From Neoechinorhynchus agilis (taxonomy: Eukaryota > Animalia > Acanthocephala), in NCBI GenBank assembly GCA_051530055.1, contig CM121342.1, positions 2,142,797 to 2,206,796 of the forward strand: a stretch of 64,000 bases of DNA, read 5' to 3'. Position numbers and translations under genes: made by a program. Below, piece by piece: positions 22,968-34,299 of this stretch. The notes under the pieces are model-generated. The model was not told the DNA's origin. It did not search any database and worked only from the letters and a program-made list of their open reading frames with translations. The stretch's first letter is position 1; each line of letters opens with the position of its first letter.

Positions 22968-24247
22968 TTAAGCGCTGCGAACACTTGTCCTCTCCTCCTT
23001 CGCGTCGATTTCTCGTTGTTCCAAATACGTAGTAAAGTTAACGGTGATAAGCCCTATTTCCATCATTAGGAATACAAGATTTTTGGTAAGGAAAAACATG
23101 ATGTTGGAAATCCGTTCTCGCTTCACCGTAAGATAGAACACTCGAACGGCAGCAAATGGTCCATCTTGGAAGACGACGGTCAGTACTGTTGACCAGAGAT
23201 CAGTCGCTAGTAGAGATTCCTTGACTATCTCCAACTTTTGCTTAAAAGTAGCGTCTTTCCAAGCAACAACCTCAACCGTCGGATCAATAACATATGATGA
23301 ATTAAACGCAAACAACATCATACTTGTCACGTTGAATATAGCAAGGACGGAAAGCGCACCGTCCAAAACGAATACCATTTCAGTTCCACTGAGTACTGTG
23401 TCATAATAATCAACGATGTCGGCTCCTGATGTTACTACCATAAGTATGGAACGAACTAATTCAGCATCCGGCATAGGTGGTAGTAGCAGATAACGAACGG
23501 TAAACATGTTCAAAATGAACATTTGGACTATTTCCAAGCGATCTTTCACTAAAGTAAGCTAAGAACAGAATTCGGTTTAAAACTGAGCATAAAAGAAAAA
23601 CGGGAAAGATTGTTTGACCATATAGCGGCGACATTGATAGGCGCTTCTGCTGCAATAGAATACACAAGATTTCGTTCATGAAAGTTTCTTAAATAGAAAC
23701 AGGGATCAGGGATCTTCGCAGTACGAAACCAGCGAAAATTCAACGTGGAACATGTTATTTGAATGTGTTTTAAAACCTCGGTAACATTTTGATATTTCTT
23801 CGATGAGAAGCAATTTGGGGATGTGACCAAATGATAAAACGACCTGTACATAGACGGCTTTACCAAACATTTTCTAAACAAATAGTATTAAGAGAGATTT
23901 TCAGCCAAGAGCACTAACAGTGCGTCTCTTTCTGCGATCATTTGTAAATTTTCAGCGTCCATTTTTTTGATAGTCTTGAGAGAGTCCTTTTGCAAGAGTA
24001 TGAACAAAACCGAACATACGAGCGTGTGCATTGCCACTGGTTTTATGCACCATCCCACATAGAGTTCTTCTACGGGTCGCCAGGTGAACAATAGGATCAA
24101 TAAATCAATTAGTGCGAGTTGGGAACCTATAGAAAACAGCCATATCCACTTATTACCAGTAAGACAGACCGTGGTGTAAATAGTCATTAATTCCACCAAA
24201 ATCATCAAGATACGTCCACCGAAGACTTTTGTCATGTACAACTTCAT
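22968..24247 (-). CDS. TMEM26: TMEM26-family multipass membrane protein, spliced
   Basis: C-terminal exon has RYLLLP, GADIVDYYD, VFQDGPFAAVRV and FFLTKNLV motifs typical of Tmem26. The upstream ORF has the matching N-terminal TM helices. Short introns inferred near 23550-23585 and about 23880-23920. Confidence 0.72.
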
Positions 24248-24605
24248 ACTAGCAAAGGAAATGGCGAACGAGCAACGGCAATAAACGAAGGCTCCTCGGT
24301 TGTCATGGAAACGTATTTGGAATCTGTATTTGACTTTGCCGCCACTGATTTTATTTGTTGAGAAATTGGTTTCATTAAAATTATTCAATACAAGATGCAG
24401 ATAAAAATCAACATGAAATTATCTCTTTGGTTTTTTCAACAAAAAGAGTTCGAAAAACATCCATGCCACCGCCCTGGATCACTGAGCTACCGTCCCGGTG
24501 TAATGTTTGAAAGTACGGATGCAGCCTCCACTCTCGTGGCACAGCCATGATTATGTTTTGCAAAATTAATGCCCTCGGATCACCGGTGATTCGTCTGATT
24601 CTCTT

Positions 24606-25090
24606 CGACAATTACTTGACCAAGTCCTGCACCGCGGTACAAAACTACTCGAGTGTCTCGACGCCAAAGGGGACGAAATAAGGATTTCGACTACTGTATT
24701 TGTCTTTTTGCGATCCTCAGCGGCGACAATTACTTGACCAAATCCTGCACCGCGGTAAAAACTACTCGAGTGTCTCGACGCCAAAGGGGACGGAATAAAG
24801 ATTTCGAGTACTGTATTTGTTTTTTTGTGATCCTCAGCGGCGACAATTACTTGACCAAATCCTGCACCGCGGTACAAAACTACTCGAATGTCTCGACGCC
24901 AAAGGGGACGAAATAAGGATTTCGAGTACTGTATTTGTTTTTTTGTGATCCTCAGCGGCGACAATTACTTGACCAAATCCTGCGCCGCGGTAAAAACTAC
25001 TCGAGTGTCTCGACGCCAAAGGGGACGAAATAAGGATTTCGAATCCTGTATTTGCCTTTTTGCGATCCTCAGCGGCGGTTGCTGCCCCCC
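24606..25090 (-). repeat. Four tandem about 118-bp units derived partly from a CRE endonuclease fragment
   Basis: Units start at 24606, 24724, 24841 and 24959. The minus strand translates to GAATAAEDRK..KYSTRNPYFVPFGVETL, matching the REL region of the CRE copies. Confidence 0.8.
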
Positions 25091-25433
25091 CTCCGGTTTA
25101 ACAGCGGGGAATTTTATATTCGGACGAAACCTAAATATTAAGCGAGTTCCGATTTGATTTCACCTAATATTACATCAAAGTACATGTTAATAAAACGACA
25201 ATCAAGCATAAATGTGCGATTATCGAATACTTCTTAAGTTAAAATATTAAACTTAAATTAATTCAAAGAATAAGAGAACAATGTCAGCACCATTATCGTG
25301 CAATAATTTGATATTTCAAAAATGAATTGAAGCATTTAAGAACCCACTTCAATCGCTGGACAAGTTAATATTCGAATTGATGTCAATATTAAGATTGATA
25401 TTGTTTGCATTTGGCGTAAAAAATTAAAAGAAT

Positions 25434-25602
25434 TTGTTTAGGTCTACACCCGGTAAATGATTATTTATTAAAGACGTTTCGAACCTCGTCGGGTTCATCA
25501 TCGATAGGGTCTATTACTAACAAACAAACTGATGATGAACCCGACGATGTTCGAAACGTCTTTAATAAATATTCATTTACTGCGGGTGTAGACCTAAACA
25601 AT
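25434..25602. mobile_element. 170-bp palindrome of two head-to-head hammerhead-bearing PLE-like 3' ends (family A)
   Basis: Arms 25434-25501 and 25530-25602 are inverted. Plus arm: CTGATGA t GAAC ccgacgat GTTC GAA ACGT C tttAATAAA (25529-25569). The minus arm is the same but broken at the core. Confidence 0.75.
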
Positions 25603-26099
25603 AATTCCAATCACATTCCCCGGTACCTCACATATCGGCATTAAACGAATTTGTTGATTCCAATATTTCGGCACAATCTTGTGCCGTTATGAAGCTTGTT
25701 TCGTACGTTTGTCGAAATATTGGAATCAATAAATTCTTTTAGTTTTTACGCCAGATACAAACATAATGATCTCAACTTGCATGTAAGTGGAAAATGTCCT
25801 GTAAATGCCACGTTTTTATATTTTTCCGCAAAATTATTAAACTTATCAAGTCATTCAAAAACCTCTGATTCAATCAATCGAAATATACATTCGTCTTTAA
25901 CGATCTCCCTCGGGAATCGACAAGCGACCTAAACAATAGCATATCCCACCGCCCGAATACAATCCTATACCGAATGAAAATAACACGCTGATCACATTTG
26001 AAAAATGTGGGACACAGATAAAACTGTTCGCTGTACCAGTTGCATCCAATCACTTTCTCCTATTGATATATTTAAATAAAGATCAAAGCACCACTGGCA

Positions 26100-26408
26100 C
26101 TATGTTTCCGATTTTTCCGATCGAATCAGGTTATCCAGCCAAAATAAACGCTTCTGAGCAATACGCATAGCCTGTTTTTCCTTATAGACTTTATCTACAT
26201 TGTAAAAATTAGGCATTATTCCAACACTCAAACGTATCTTACAGAACGATGTTTCTCCAACTTGAAACTTTATCAGAAAAAGCTCGCAACATGCACCAAA
26301 GATGAACATCACCGGGATGAACCGATAAATACCGAATCGTGACTTACCGGGTATTAAATTCAATGCTTGATAGGCACGTAGGCGAACGCGATTCTTGAAG
26401 ATTATCAT
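26100..26408 (-). CDS. SMIM4: SMIM4/UQCC5-like mitochondrial complex III assembly microprotein, two exons
   Basis: IPGKSRFGIYRFIPVMFIFGACCELFLIKFQVGETSF resembles the SMIM4 core (VPGKQRFGIYRFLP, from memory). Removing the 48-nt GTAAGA..TAG intron (26195-26242) gives FYKVYKEK, matching the FYDVYRRK motif. Confidence 0.85.
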   Translation of the reverse strand: MIIFKNRVRLRAYQALNLIPGKSRFGIYRFIPVMFIFGACCELFLIKFQVGETSFCKIRLSVGIMPNFYNVDKVYKEKQAMRIAQKRLFWLDNLIRSEKSET

Positions 26409-26836
26409 TAGGCCGATTGCTTTATCTGAAATTCAATGAAATTTAGAGAGCAATAAAAATCCATGTGACGTCATTTCACGTAGGAATGCATTGCAATGAT
26501 TTTAGCGACATTAAAATAAACCCATTTGTTTTCTTCTATGACGTAATGTTTTGCGAGTAGCCGCTAATAGTGAAAAAGAAATTTAATAATATTCAAAAAA
26601 TTCATCACGGAGAGTAGTTTTTGGAATGATAGAGTTGTGGTGATCAAAACCCTTGACACATAGAAAATATGGAATAATTGAAACCTGTTGAGGCGAAAGT
26701 TTTGACGGCTAAAATGGTTCAAGGGACCAACTGATTTTACCTCCGGATTCGTATTGGATAAACTAAATTTTTGAACTTAATCGTTCATAATTTATTTTCG
26801 TAAGTATAAAACATCGCACGGCAGCGCGATCAATTC

Positions 26837-27337
26837 TCAAATTATATCGTTATCCAGACATCTATTAGGGAGATCATTTTCTAGGAACTCAAACAATTTC
26901 TGATCAATCCTAAAAGTCTCAGCTACTCCATTATCTTTTCGTTTTAGACTCGAATAAGCTGCATCGACGCCATGGTACAACCTTTGAACGAAAATGTCTC
27001 TCTGGTTGGGGATTTTTGTGGATTTGTTTTGACTGTATTTTGAATGATCAAGTAGCCATTCATTTACAAGACGCTTCTTCTTTCCCGAATCTTTACCATC
27101 ATTGATTTTAAGTGTTTGTAAGACCGATCCGTCGCTTTTTCCGCCGTGCATTTTGGAATAACAACGATAGGTTCCTCCGCACACTAAACGAGTCCATGGC
27201 CCAACGGCGCGTGCATTGCAAGTTATAAAATAGTCGCCATCGTGTAAAATATTAAATAGATAAGAAGCATACGATTTCTCGGGCACAGGAAGCCGAGTCG
27301 CCTGCTTGTCAGATCCATTGCAAACGTAGATGTGCAT
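26837..27337 (-). CDS. Hypothetical 166-aa protein
   Basis: Open frame with ordinary composition, preceded by the acceptor AATTTCAG 4 nt before the ATG. No family recognised. Confidence 0.5.
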   Translation of the reverse strand: MHIYVCNGSDKQATRLPVPEKSYASYLFNILHDGDYFITCNARAVGPWTRLVCGGTYRCYSKMHGGKSDGSVLQTLKINDGKDSGKKKRLVNEWLLDHSKYSQNKSTKIPNQRDIFVQRLYHGVDAAYSSLKRKDNGVAETFRIDQKLFEFLENDLPNRCLDNDII

Positions 27338-28697
27338 TTATCTGAAATTGAAGGGGCGTAAACCGAGGTTTTTATTAGTCGATTCAATTTCTTTTCATTG
27401 TTGGGCGATTTAGTCTTGTTGGAATAAACACTTTTAAGAGTTGAAATAAAAAGGAAGGGAAATTCTTCTATTTACGTTAAGACGTATTATATTAAAGTGA
27501 TCATCTTCCCAATGAATTGAAAATACTGCCATTGAGCCTAAAGCCGTGGTAAGGGCTATAAAGAAGAGCAACAAATTGTTTCTTGCATATTCGGATAAAT
27601 TTTCTAATTTGAGAAAAGAACTGATTAAACCCTCTTTTGGATTCCAAGAAAAGACTTTTATTCTTGGTTACAACTAGATGGCGAACACGACTAAAAGAAT
27701 GTTTAAACAATTGTTCGATAATGAAGCAGATAAACACTGATAGTATCAAGTTTCAATGGGAATATAAGATGGAAGCAGGGATGCTTAAGAAATCAACGCA
27801 GGAGGTCGCCGCTGTTTGCGTCTCATAGGAATGCTACAGCTGCTGGATTTCAACACGGAAAGCAATAAAAAGCCCTATAATTGCTTTGATTCTATAAGAA
27901 GTTGGGTAAATCCCTTCCTATTAAATTAATTGAAAGCATTTCTTAAAAATTTAGCATGATAATTTCATTAGTAAACAAATTACTAATAGGTGCTAAAGTT
28001 GTTTTAAAATTACTTCAAGTGTTAGGCAATTGAAATGGTTAGCAAACCACTGTGACCTTAACGGTGATGTGGTGACTGTAAAATTAACGAATTTGTTTAG
28101 TCGATAAAACGAAAAATCAATGTTTAATGCAGATAGTCACAAGATGGATAAATGTTGCAGAGATTTATGGAACAAGTATCAAACGAGATTCCCACAAAAC
28201 TTTTTTAATGTCAAAGAAGGTATCGTGAACGTGTTGTCGATAATATAAAAAGTGCAGTCTTGATGTCAATATCCTTTTGCTAAACGTCTTATTCAAGAAT
28301 TCCTTGGAATTCGACATGCGAACATTGCACTGAGACGACAGGAAAATCCTATTTTGATAGCCGATTGTTGATGCGGACCAAACGCAGAAAATCATGCACT
28401 AAATCGATGTATCCAAAAATAACAAAAACGATTGCGAAAATAATTTCGTGTAAGTAAACGAAACCAGGATGGATGGAACAGAAAGGTAACTGGCGATAAT
28501 TAAGCTTTTTAAAGTGAAATCAGGGTAACGATCATTTAATGGGTTCTTACTACTTTATGTATCTCTTGACTATAATCCTTTAATGTGTTTTGGTGTTCAT
28601 TCAAGATTAGGCCAAAACTTTACAAGCCCGTACGCGTAATGAACAAATGCCGAAACTTTGAATGGCCCATTTCCATTGCTAGATGCAAATCACAAGT

Positions 28698-29027
28698 CTA
28701 AAAACAGGTTTTTGTCTCCTTTGAGTAAATTTCTCCAGCGTGTAACATACCTTTAGATTCGCTTTTCCCCCCAGAACTACAGTAGAGATACTCTTTTATA
28801 GCGCTCAGTGTCTGATTGATTTCATGCATTTTCTGTGCCTCGTCCAAGGCTCTTTTGAACCATTTAGCAGTCGTTTTATCGCTTGTTACATCTCTGCACA
28901 GGAACCGAGTGCGGCTCATTTCAAGTAGTCCACGTCGGATGCATTCATTTAGCCGTTGTCGTGCCTTGAAGCACTCGTCAACCGAAGTCAGTCCGACAAT
29001 TGAGAGCGCATCGTCTACTAAGTTCAT
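28698..29027 (-). CDS. CCDC115/Vma22-like V-ATPase assembly factor, highly shortened (109 aa from ATG 29027)
   Basis: VDECFKARQRLNECIRRGLLEMSRTRF resembles the Vma22/CCDC115 N-terminal motif (L..L...R..LN.....G...LAKARY). TTAKWFKRALDEAQKMHEIN resembles its C-terminal helix. Match by eye only. Confidence 0.5.
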   Translation of the reverse strand: MNLVDDALSIVGLTSVDECFKARQRLNECIRRGLLEMSRTRFLCRDVTSDKTTAKWFKRALDEAQKMHEINQTLSAIKEYLYCSSGGKSESKGMLHAGEIYSKETKTCF

Positions 29028-29289
29028 CGAGACGCAAGAGACGAAGACCAATGCTTCTACTTTGTAGTCTTGTAAAGTCAACGTAGCAGTACAAAAGGGT
29101 GCATTCTGTGTGTGTGCGCATTGCTGTGTGGGTGTAACTATGCATAGGGAACTAGTGAGAGAGAGAGCGGGCGCACAACAGAAATAGTTGGCAGACGAAA
29201 AAAGGAGGAACGAGAAAGTAATGGAGTGTGTGGTACAGGGAAAATTGCTCTTTTAACGATAATTGTCCTTGGAGCTTACAAAAATAAAG

Positions 29290-30668
29290 CTCTTTTCTAA
29301 AAGAAATACCGGGATCTACAGCCGAATATCCACGGATTCTATATCCTTAGGATAAATCGCCCTGAAACACACGCCATTTTCGGTTAATTAACTCTTGAAA
29401 ATTGACTCGAAAGTGACGACATGATCTTTTCTAAAGAAATACCGGGATCTACGGCCGAATACCTACGAATTCTTTATCCTTAGGATAAATCGCCCTCAAC
29501 CACACACCATTTCCGGTTATTTAAATCTTGAAAATTGACTCGAAAGTGACGACATGATCTTTTCTAAAAGAAATACCGGGATTTACAGCCGAATATCTAC
29601 GGATTCTATATCTTTAGGATAAATGCCCTCAAACACACCATTTTCGGTTGTTCAACGCTTGAAAATTGACTCGAAAGTGACGACATGATCTTTTCTAAAG
29701 AAATACCGGGATCTACGGCCGAATACCTACGAATTCTTTATCCTTAGGATAAATCGCCTCAACCACACACCATTTCCGGTTATTTAAATCTTGAAAATTG
29801 ACTCGAAAGTGACGACATGATCTTTTCTAAAAGAAATACCGGGATTTACAGCCGAATATCTACGGATTCTATATCTTTAGGATAAATTGCCCTCAAACAC
29901 ACCATTTTCGGTTGTTCAACGCTTGAAAATTGACTCGAAAGTGACGACATGATCTTTTCTAAAGAAATACCGGGATCTACGGCCGAATACCTACGAATTC
30001 TTTATCCTTAGGATAAATCGTCCTCAACCACACACCATTTCCGGTTATTTAAATCTTGAAAATTGACTCGAAAGTGACGACATGATCTTTTCTAAAAGAA
30101 ATACCGGGATTTACAGCCGAATATCTACGGATTCTATATCTTTAGGATAAATTGCCCTCAAACACACCATTTTCGGTTGTTCAACGCTTGAAAATTGACT
30201 CGAAAGTGACGACATGATCTTTTCTAAAAGAAATACCGGGACCTACGACTTGAAAATTGACTCGAAAGTGACACATGATCTTTTCTAAAAATAGGATACC
30301 CGAATATCTACGGATTCTTTATCCTTAGGATAAATCGCCCTCAACCACACACCATTTCCGGTTATTTAAATCTTGAAAATTGACTCGAAAGTGACGACAT
30401 GATCTTTTCTAAAAGAAATACCGGGATTTACAGCCGAATATCTACGGATTCTATATCTTTAGGATAAATTGCCCTCAAACACACCATTTTCGGTTATTCA
30501 ACGCTTGAAAATTGACTCGAAAGTGACGACATGATCTTTTCTAAAAGAAATACCGGGACCTACTACCGAATATCTACGGATTCTTTATCCTTAGGACAAA
30601 TCGCCCTTAAATACACAGCATTTCCGGTTATTTAACTCTTGAAAATTGACTCGAAAGTGACGACATGA
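29290..30668. repeat. Satellite array, about 132-bp monomer, about 10.5 copies, alternating A/B variants (about 265-bp dimer)
   Basis: gtgacgacatgatc recurs at 29413, 29546, 29677, 29809, 29941, 30074, 30206, (30268 partial), 30391, 30523 and 30657. Confidence 0.95.
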
Positions 30669-32633
30669 CCAATAAATTTGGTTTCATGTCGGTCCAAAAG
30701 TTGCCTTCGATATCCTAATGCAACATGTCAGCTGCAGAAATTGCCTTAAAAAGTAAATGCTCCAGAGCTTGTGTCATCTAGCTTCGAATTGGGATTGAGG
30801 ATCCTCATAGGTGGGGATGCCTAAGTGGTATAAAATTTCCCAAGACTAGCACTAAAGAACTGCAACTCACTACAAACGGAATTGGCTTCCAAATAGATAA
30901 TCTAGTCCTCGGCTACAAACAACATTATGAATGCCTGTCATCAGTCACTTCTGTGATCGATTCATGGATATGATTGATGATATGCAAATATTCGTTTCTT
31001 CGATAGCTATGGAAATAGTTCATTTCTATTATATTGTCTGTAGCCATTTATCTAAATTATTACGATTCTCTGGCTGGAGTAAACCAGTGTATTCCATTGC
31101 GGCGTTTCCATTCTATCATCAATACTCACTAGTAATCTGACCATTAAAATGCTACATTATTTTATTTTGGTAACCTTACAAGCCACTGCAGTCTACTATG
31201 TTCAGCTTTTACTCATGAATCGTAGGGCGAAAACACGGATCAACGGCAAATCGCGTTGGCGTAAGGTTAAAAGTCTTCAAGGAGCGGGTATTTCTTTAGG
31301 AGTTCTTATGAGAAAAATGTGGCGAGTCATTTTTACAATGTGACAGTAGCGTTATTCACTTTAAGAAAAATAAGAGTCGAGGCGTCAAAAGACAGAGTAA
31401 TCGCTAGTATTCCCTTACCGACGACATTTAATATTTTATTCAGATTTAAAACTGGATGAATGCATCGAACAAAACCTTTCCATCTAAAAACATTTTGAGT
31501 CTTATAGGATCAATTTAGTATTCGAAGCCACGAGTGCTTTTAAGACAAAAAAGGTGCTTTACCTTGCTTCTGTACTGTCAAAAATTCTAGTACGGTCATC
31601 ATTAACCTGCTAAGTCAGAACTTTTCACATCTTTTAGATTGTCGAACTTCTATACATTCTACAGTAAAGATCAGTTTCCCTAAATCACGATTCAAATCGT
31701 ATCTGAAGGACGACTAATTTCCAGGAGTTTCGTAATAAGTTGGCGCCACTCTGATGCACGAATTGTCTGATTTCGACGACTTCTACAAGCACTCGAGACC
31801 CGTCTACACGAGAGTGTATATCGGTCCGTCACTGATTACCGCAATGTCTGAGTTTAAATGGAGAATTTAGATATTATGCGTTGCATCACCGCTTTGATGG
31901 GAAATTCTATGGCACTTACGGCATATGCTGCTATTTGAAACCACGTACTACAGACGACCATTAACTCAGATAATGCCGAATCCATAGACAAACCGATATT
32001 TTGATGGCCTATGAAAACGCTACGGAGATCTTATTGAAATTTATCTCTGGTTGGGACTAGAAAAATTTCGAAAAAGCTAAAAGATTTGATTTGATTTTTT
32101 CTAAGTTTCTAAAGTTTACCTAGCAAGCGATTTCCAATTAAAAAGATGTTTTTACACCTTCAAATTTTAAAATTAAACTCTTTCCACGATAAACGAATGC
32201 GTCTAAGTTAATTTGACTGCTAATGGGCATCAAATTAAAACAAATCCGTTTAAATTTCTACCTGATTTCACGAAAAAGTACTTATAGTCTTAATGGAAGT
32301 AAGAATAAATCCTATTGCTGAACGCTTTTGAGATTCGTTTGTCTGTGCTACAAACACAAACACACACACACACACATATATCCCATTCATATGTCAAGTT
32401 TGTATAAATTTTATACACTTGTGCAAACGATTGCCGCATCTCTCTTCCTGCAGTAAAATCAACCAGACATATCGAGGGAATGAAGTAGCATTTACGAATG
32501 GCGTCTGAGGTTGATATCAACTAATGATCCTCAAACTACCGTACAAATATGTATACCATTGCCCACAAGCACGAAGTTCCTTGCTGTGTAACTTTAATAC
32601 CATTTGCTGAATTACACTTTACACAAGATGCTG

Positions 32634-33674
32634 TTAGAAGGTATGCGTTTCGGAATCATCCTGATTTTTATTCTGAGTTATCTCTTTATAGATGTTATCG
32701 AAACCAAGAGCTTGTTCTCTCCTTAAGCTGGAATTTCGATCCAAAAATTGAAATGAAGGTCTGTTGGGGCTGGTTGGCATCATTCGGCGCGCTGCGTATG
32801 GTGGCGCGGGCATATTTTGAGCGCTTGGTGAATGATCATGTGGATTGTATTGTACACTAGTCCTCCAAATAACTTTGTCCGCAGAACTAAATTCCTGTGT
32901 TGAATGTCCTTTGATGGATTTTACACCATCCCCTGTGTTTCTGCAAATTATGTTTTGAGAACTTTTGTACCGATCTGTCTGTTCTCCAGTAAAAAGTCGT
33001 TGAAGGCCTTCATCCTGCATACAAGCTGCGATGAATTCATCCTTTGTTATCTTTTCATCGCCGTCTACATCCATCTGGTCCATGATATCGTTTACTCTTA
33101 ACTCAATGAATCTCCGCGAAGATGCGCATCGTTTGCCTCCATTAAGTTCGTCTATCGCCGTTAGCATATATCTAATTTCATCGCGATCAATAAACCTGTT
33201 GTTATCTGTATCGTACATATCAAATGCCATACTGAGCTTTTCTCTAATGTCACCTTTTATTTGAGTAAACATTTTGAACGGCTTACAAAGTAACTTACCG
33301 TATAGTGTGACGGCTATTGCTACCATGAACTCGTTGAAGTCAATAGTACCATCTTTGTTTTTATCAAAGACGTTAAACGCCAGTTTAAAAAACGAAGATC
33401 TTTTTGCTTTTGGATTAATAACCTGGTAACATTTTATGAACTGAGGCTTTGTTAAGTTACCGCTTGGACAATCTTTAATGAAGTCTGAATGCCATTGCCT
33501 GATCTAGATCTCAGTTTTTTAACTACAGTGCTTTTAAAATGAGCTCATAAAACTCACCTCGCGCTCGCTCATCCCAGTAGCAGTGGTGAGCATCGAAATT
33601 TGCTTGCCAGTAAGAACTAAAGGGTCATTTCGTTTCAGCGAAGTCTTTCTACTCGCAGTGTTCTTCTGCCCCAT
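32634..33674 (-). CDS. Neuronal calcium sensor family protein (NCS/hippocalcin/recoverin-like) with long C-terminal extension
   Basis: MGQKNT myristoylation-type N-terminus; W..F.KDCPSG; EF loops DKNKDGTIDFNEF, DTDNNRFIDRDEI and DVDGDEKITKDEF. Introns 33504-33557 (54 nt) and 33254-33298 (45 nt). Confidence 0.9.
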
Positions 33675-34299
33675 TTGCTAAAAATCTAAAAGCTCACTTT
33701 AAATTTGAATAACAAGCCCTTTCGATGAAGAGATAAGGTGAGCGAACACACTAACTCGCGAACACTCACATATACACACATATATGAGTGTTTGAAACTC
33801 TCGCCGCATGAGCAACTTTTGGCGTTGTATGTTATTTTCGTCTAAGACGAGCGACTCTTGGTGGTGCTGTTGGTGTATGGAAATTTAAACTGTAAACTAA
33901 GGATGCACTTATCTGACACTCATGGCGTCCCATTTACAGGTATAAATCTTATTAAAGATTTGAGCCTAGAGTAGAACTGAAGTTGTCCGAGTTTAACAAT
34001 GCTTTAGAAAATACGAATTCAATTACAATTTAAGTCCTGGCGTTTCGGCAACATTTTATGATAACATAAACCCAAAGGAGCTTTTATTTCATCTTTACAC
34101 CAGTCGGGAGATGATTATCACTAGTTTCCACAATCGATTTATCATCTTTTATCAACAGAAATGTCGAAGAAGTGTCGTACGTCATTCAATCTTCTTTAGC
34201 ATTACAATAAAACGTTTATTTTTGTTCATGTACTCGATCACAATTTAAAATCCTTCCTCTGACTGGTTCAGCCATTGACGGTATTATATATCGGAAGCT

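Noticed and set aside
24606-30668. Regularly spaced repeats as possible CRISPR arrays
   Set aside because: Units repeat in full with no unique spacers, the DNA is eukaryotic, and no cas genes are present.
30930-31345. Hydrophobic short ORFs with a faint GPCR TM3/ICL2-like stretch (LAGVNQCIPLRRFHSII)
   Set aside because: Fragmented across frames with stops and no further 7TM motifs; unsupported.
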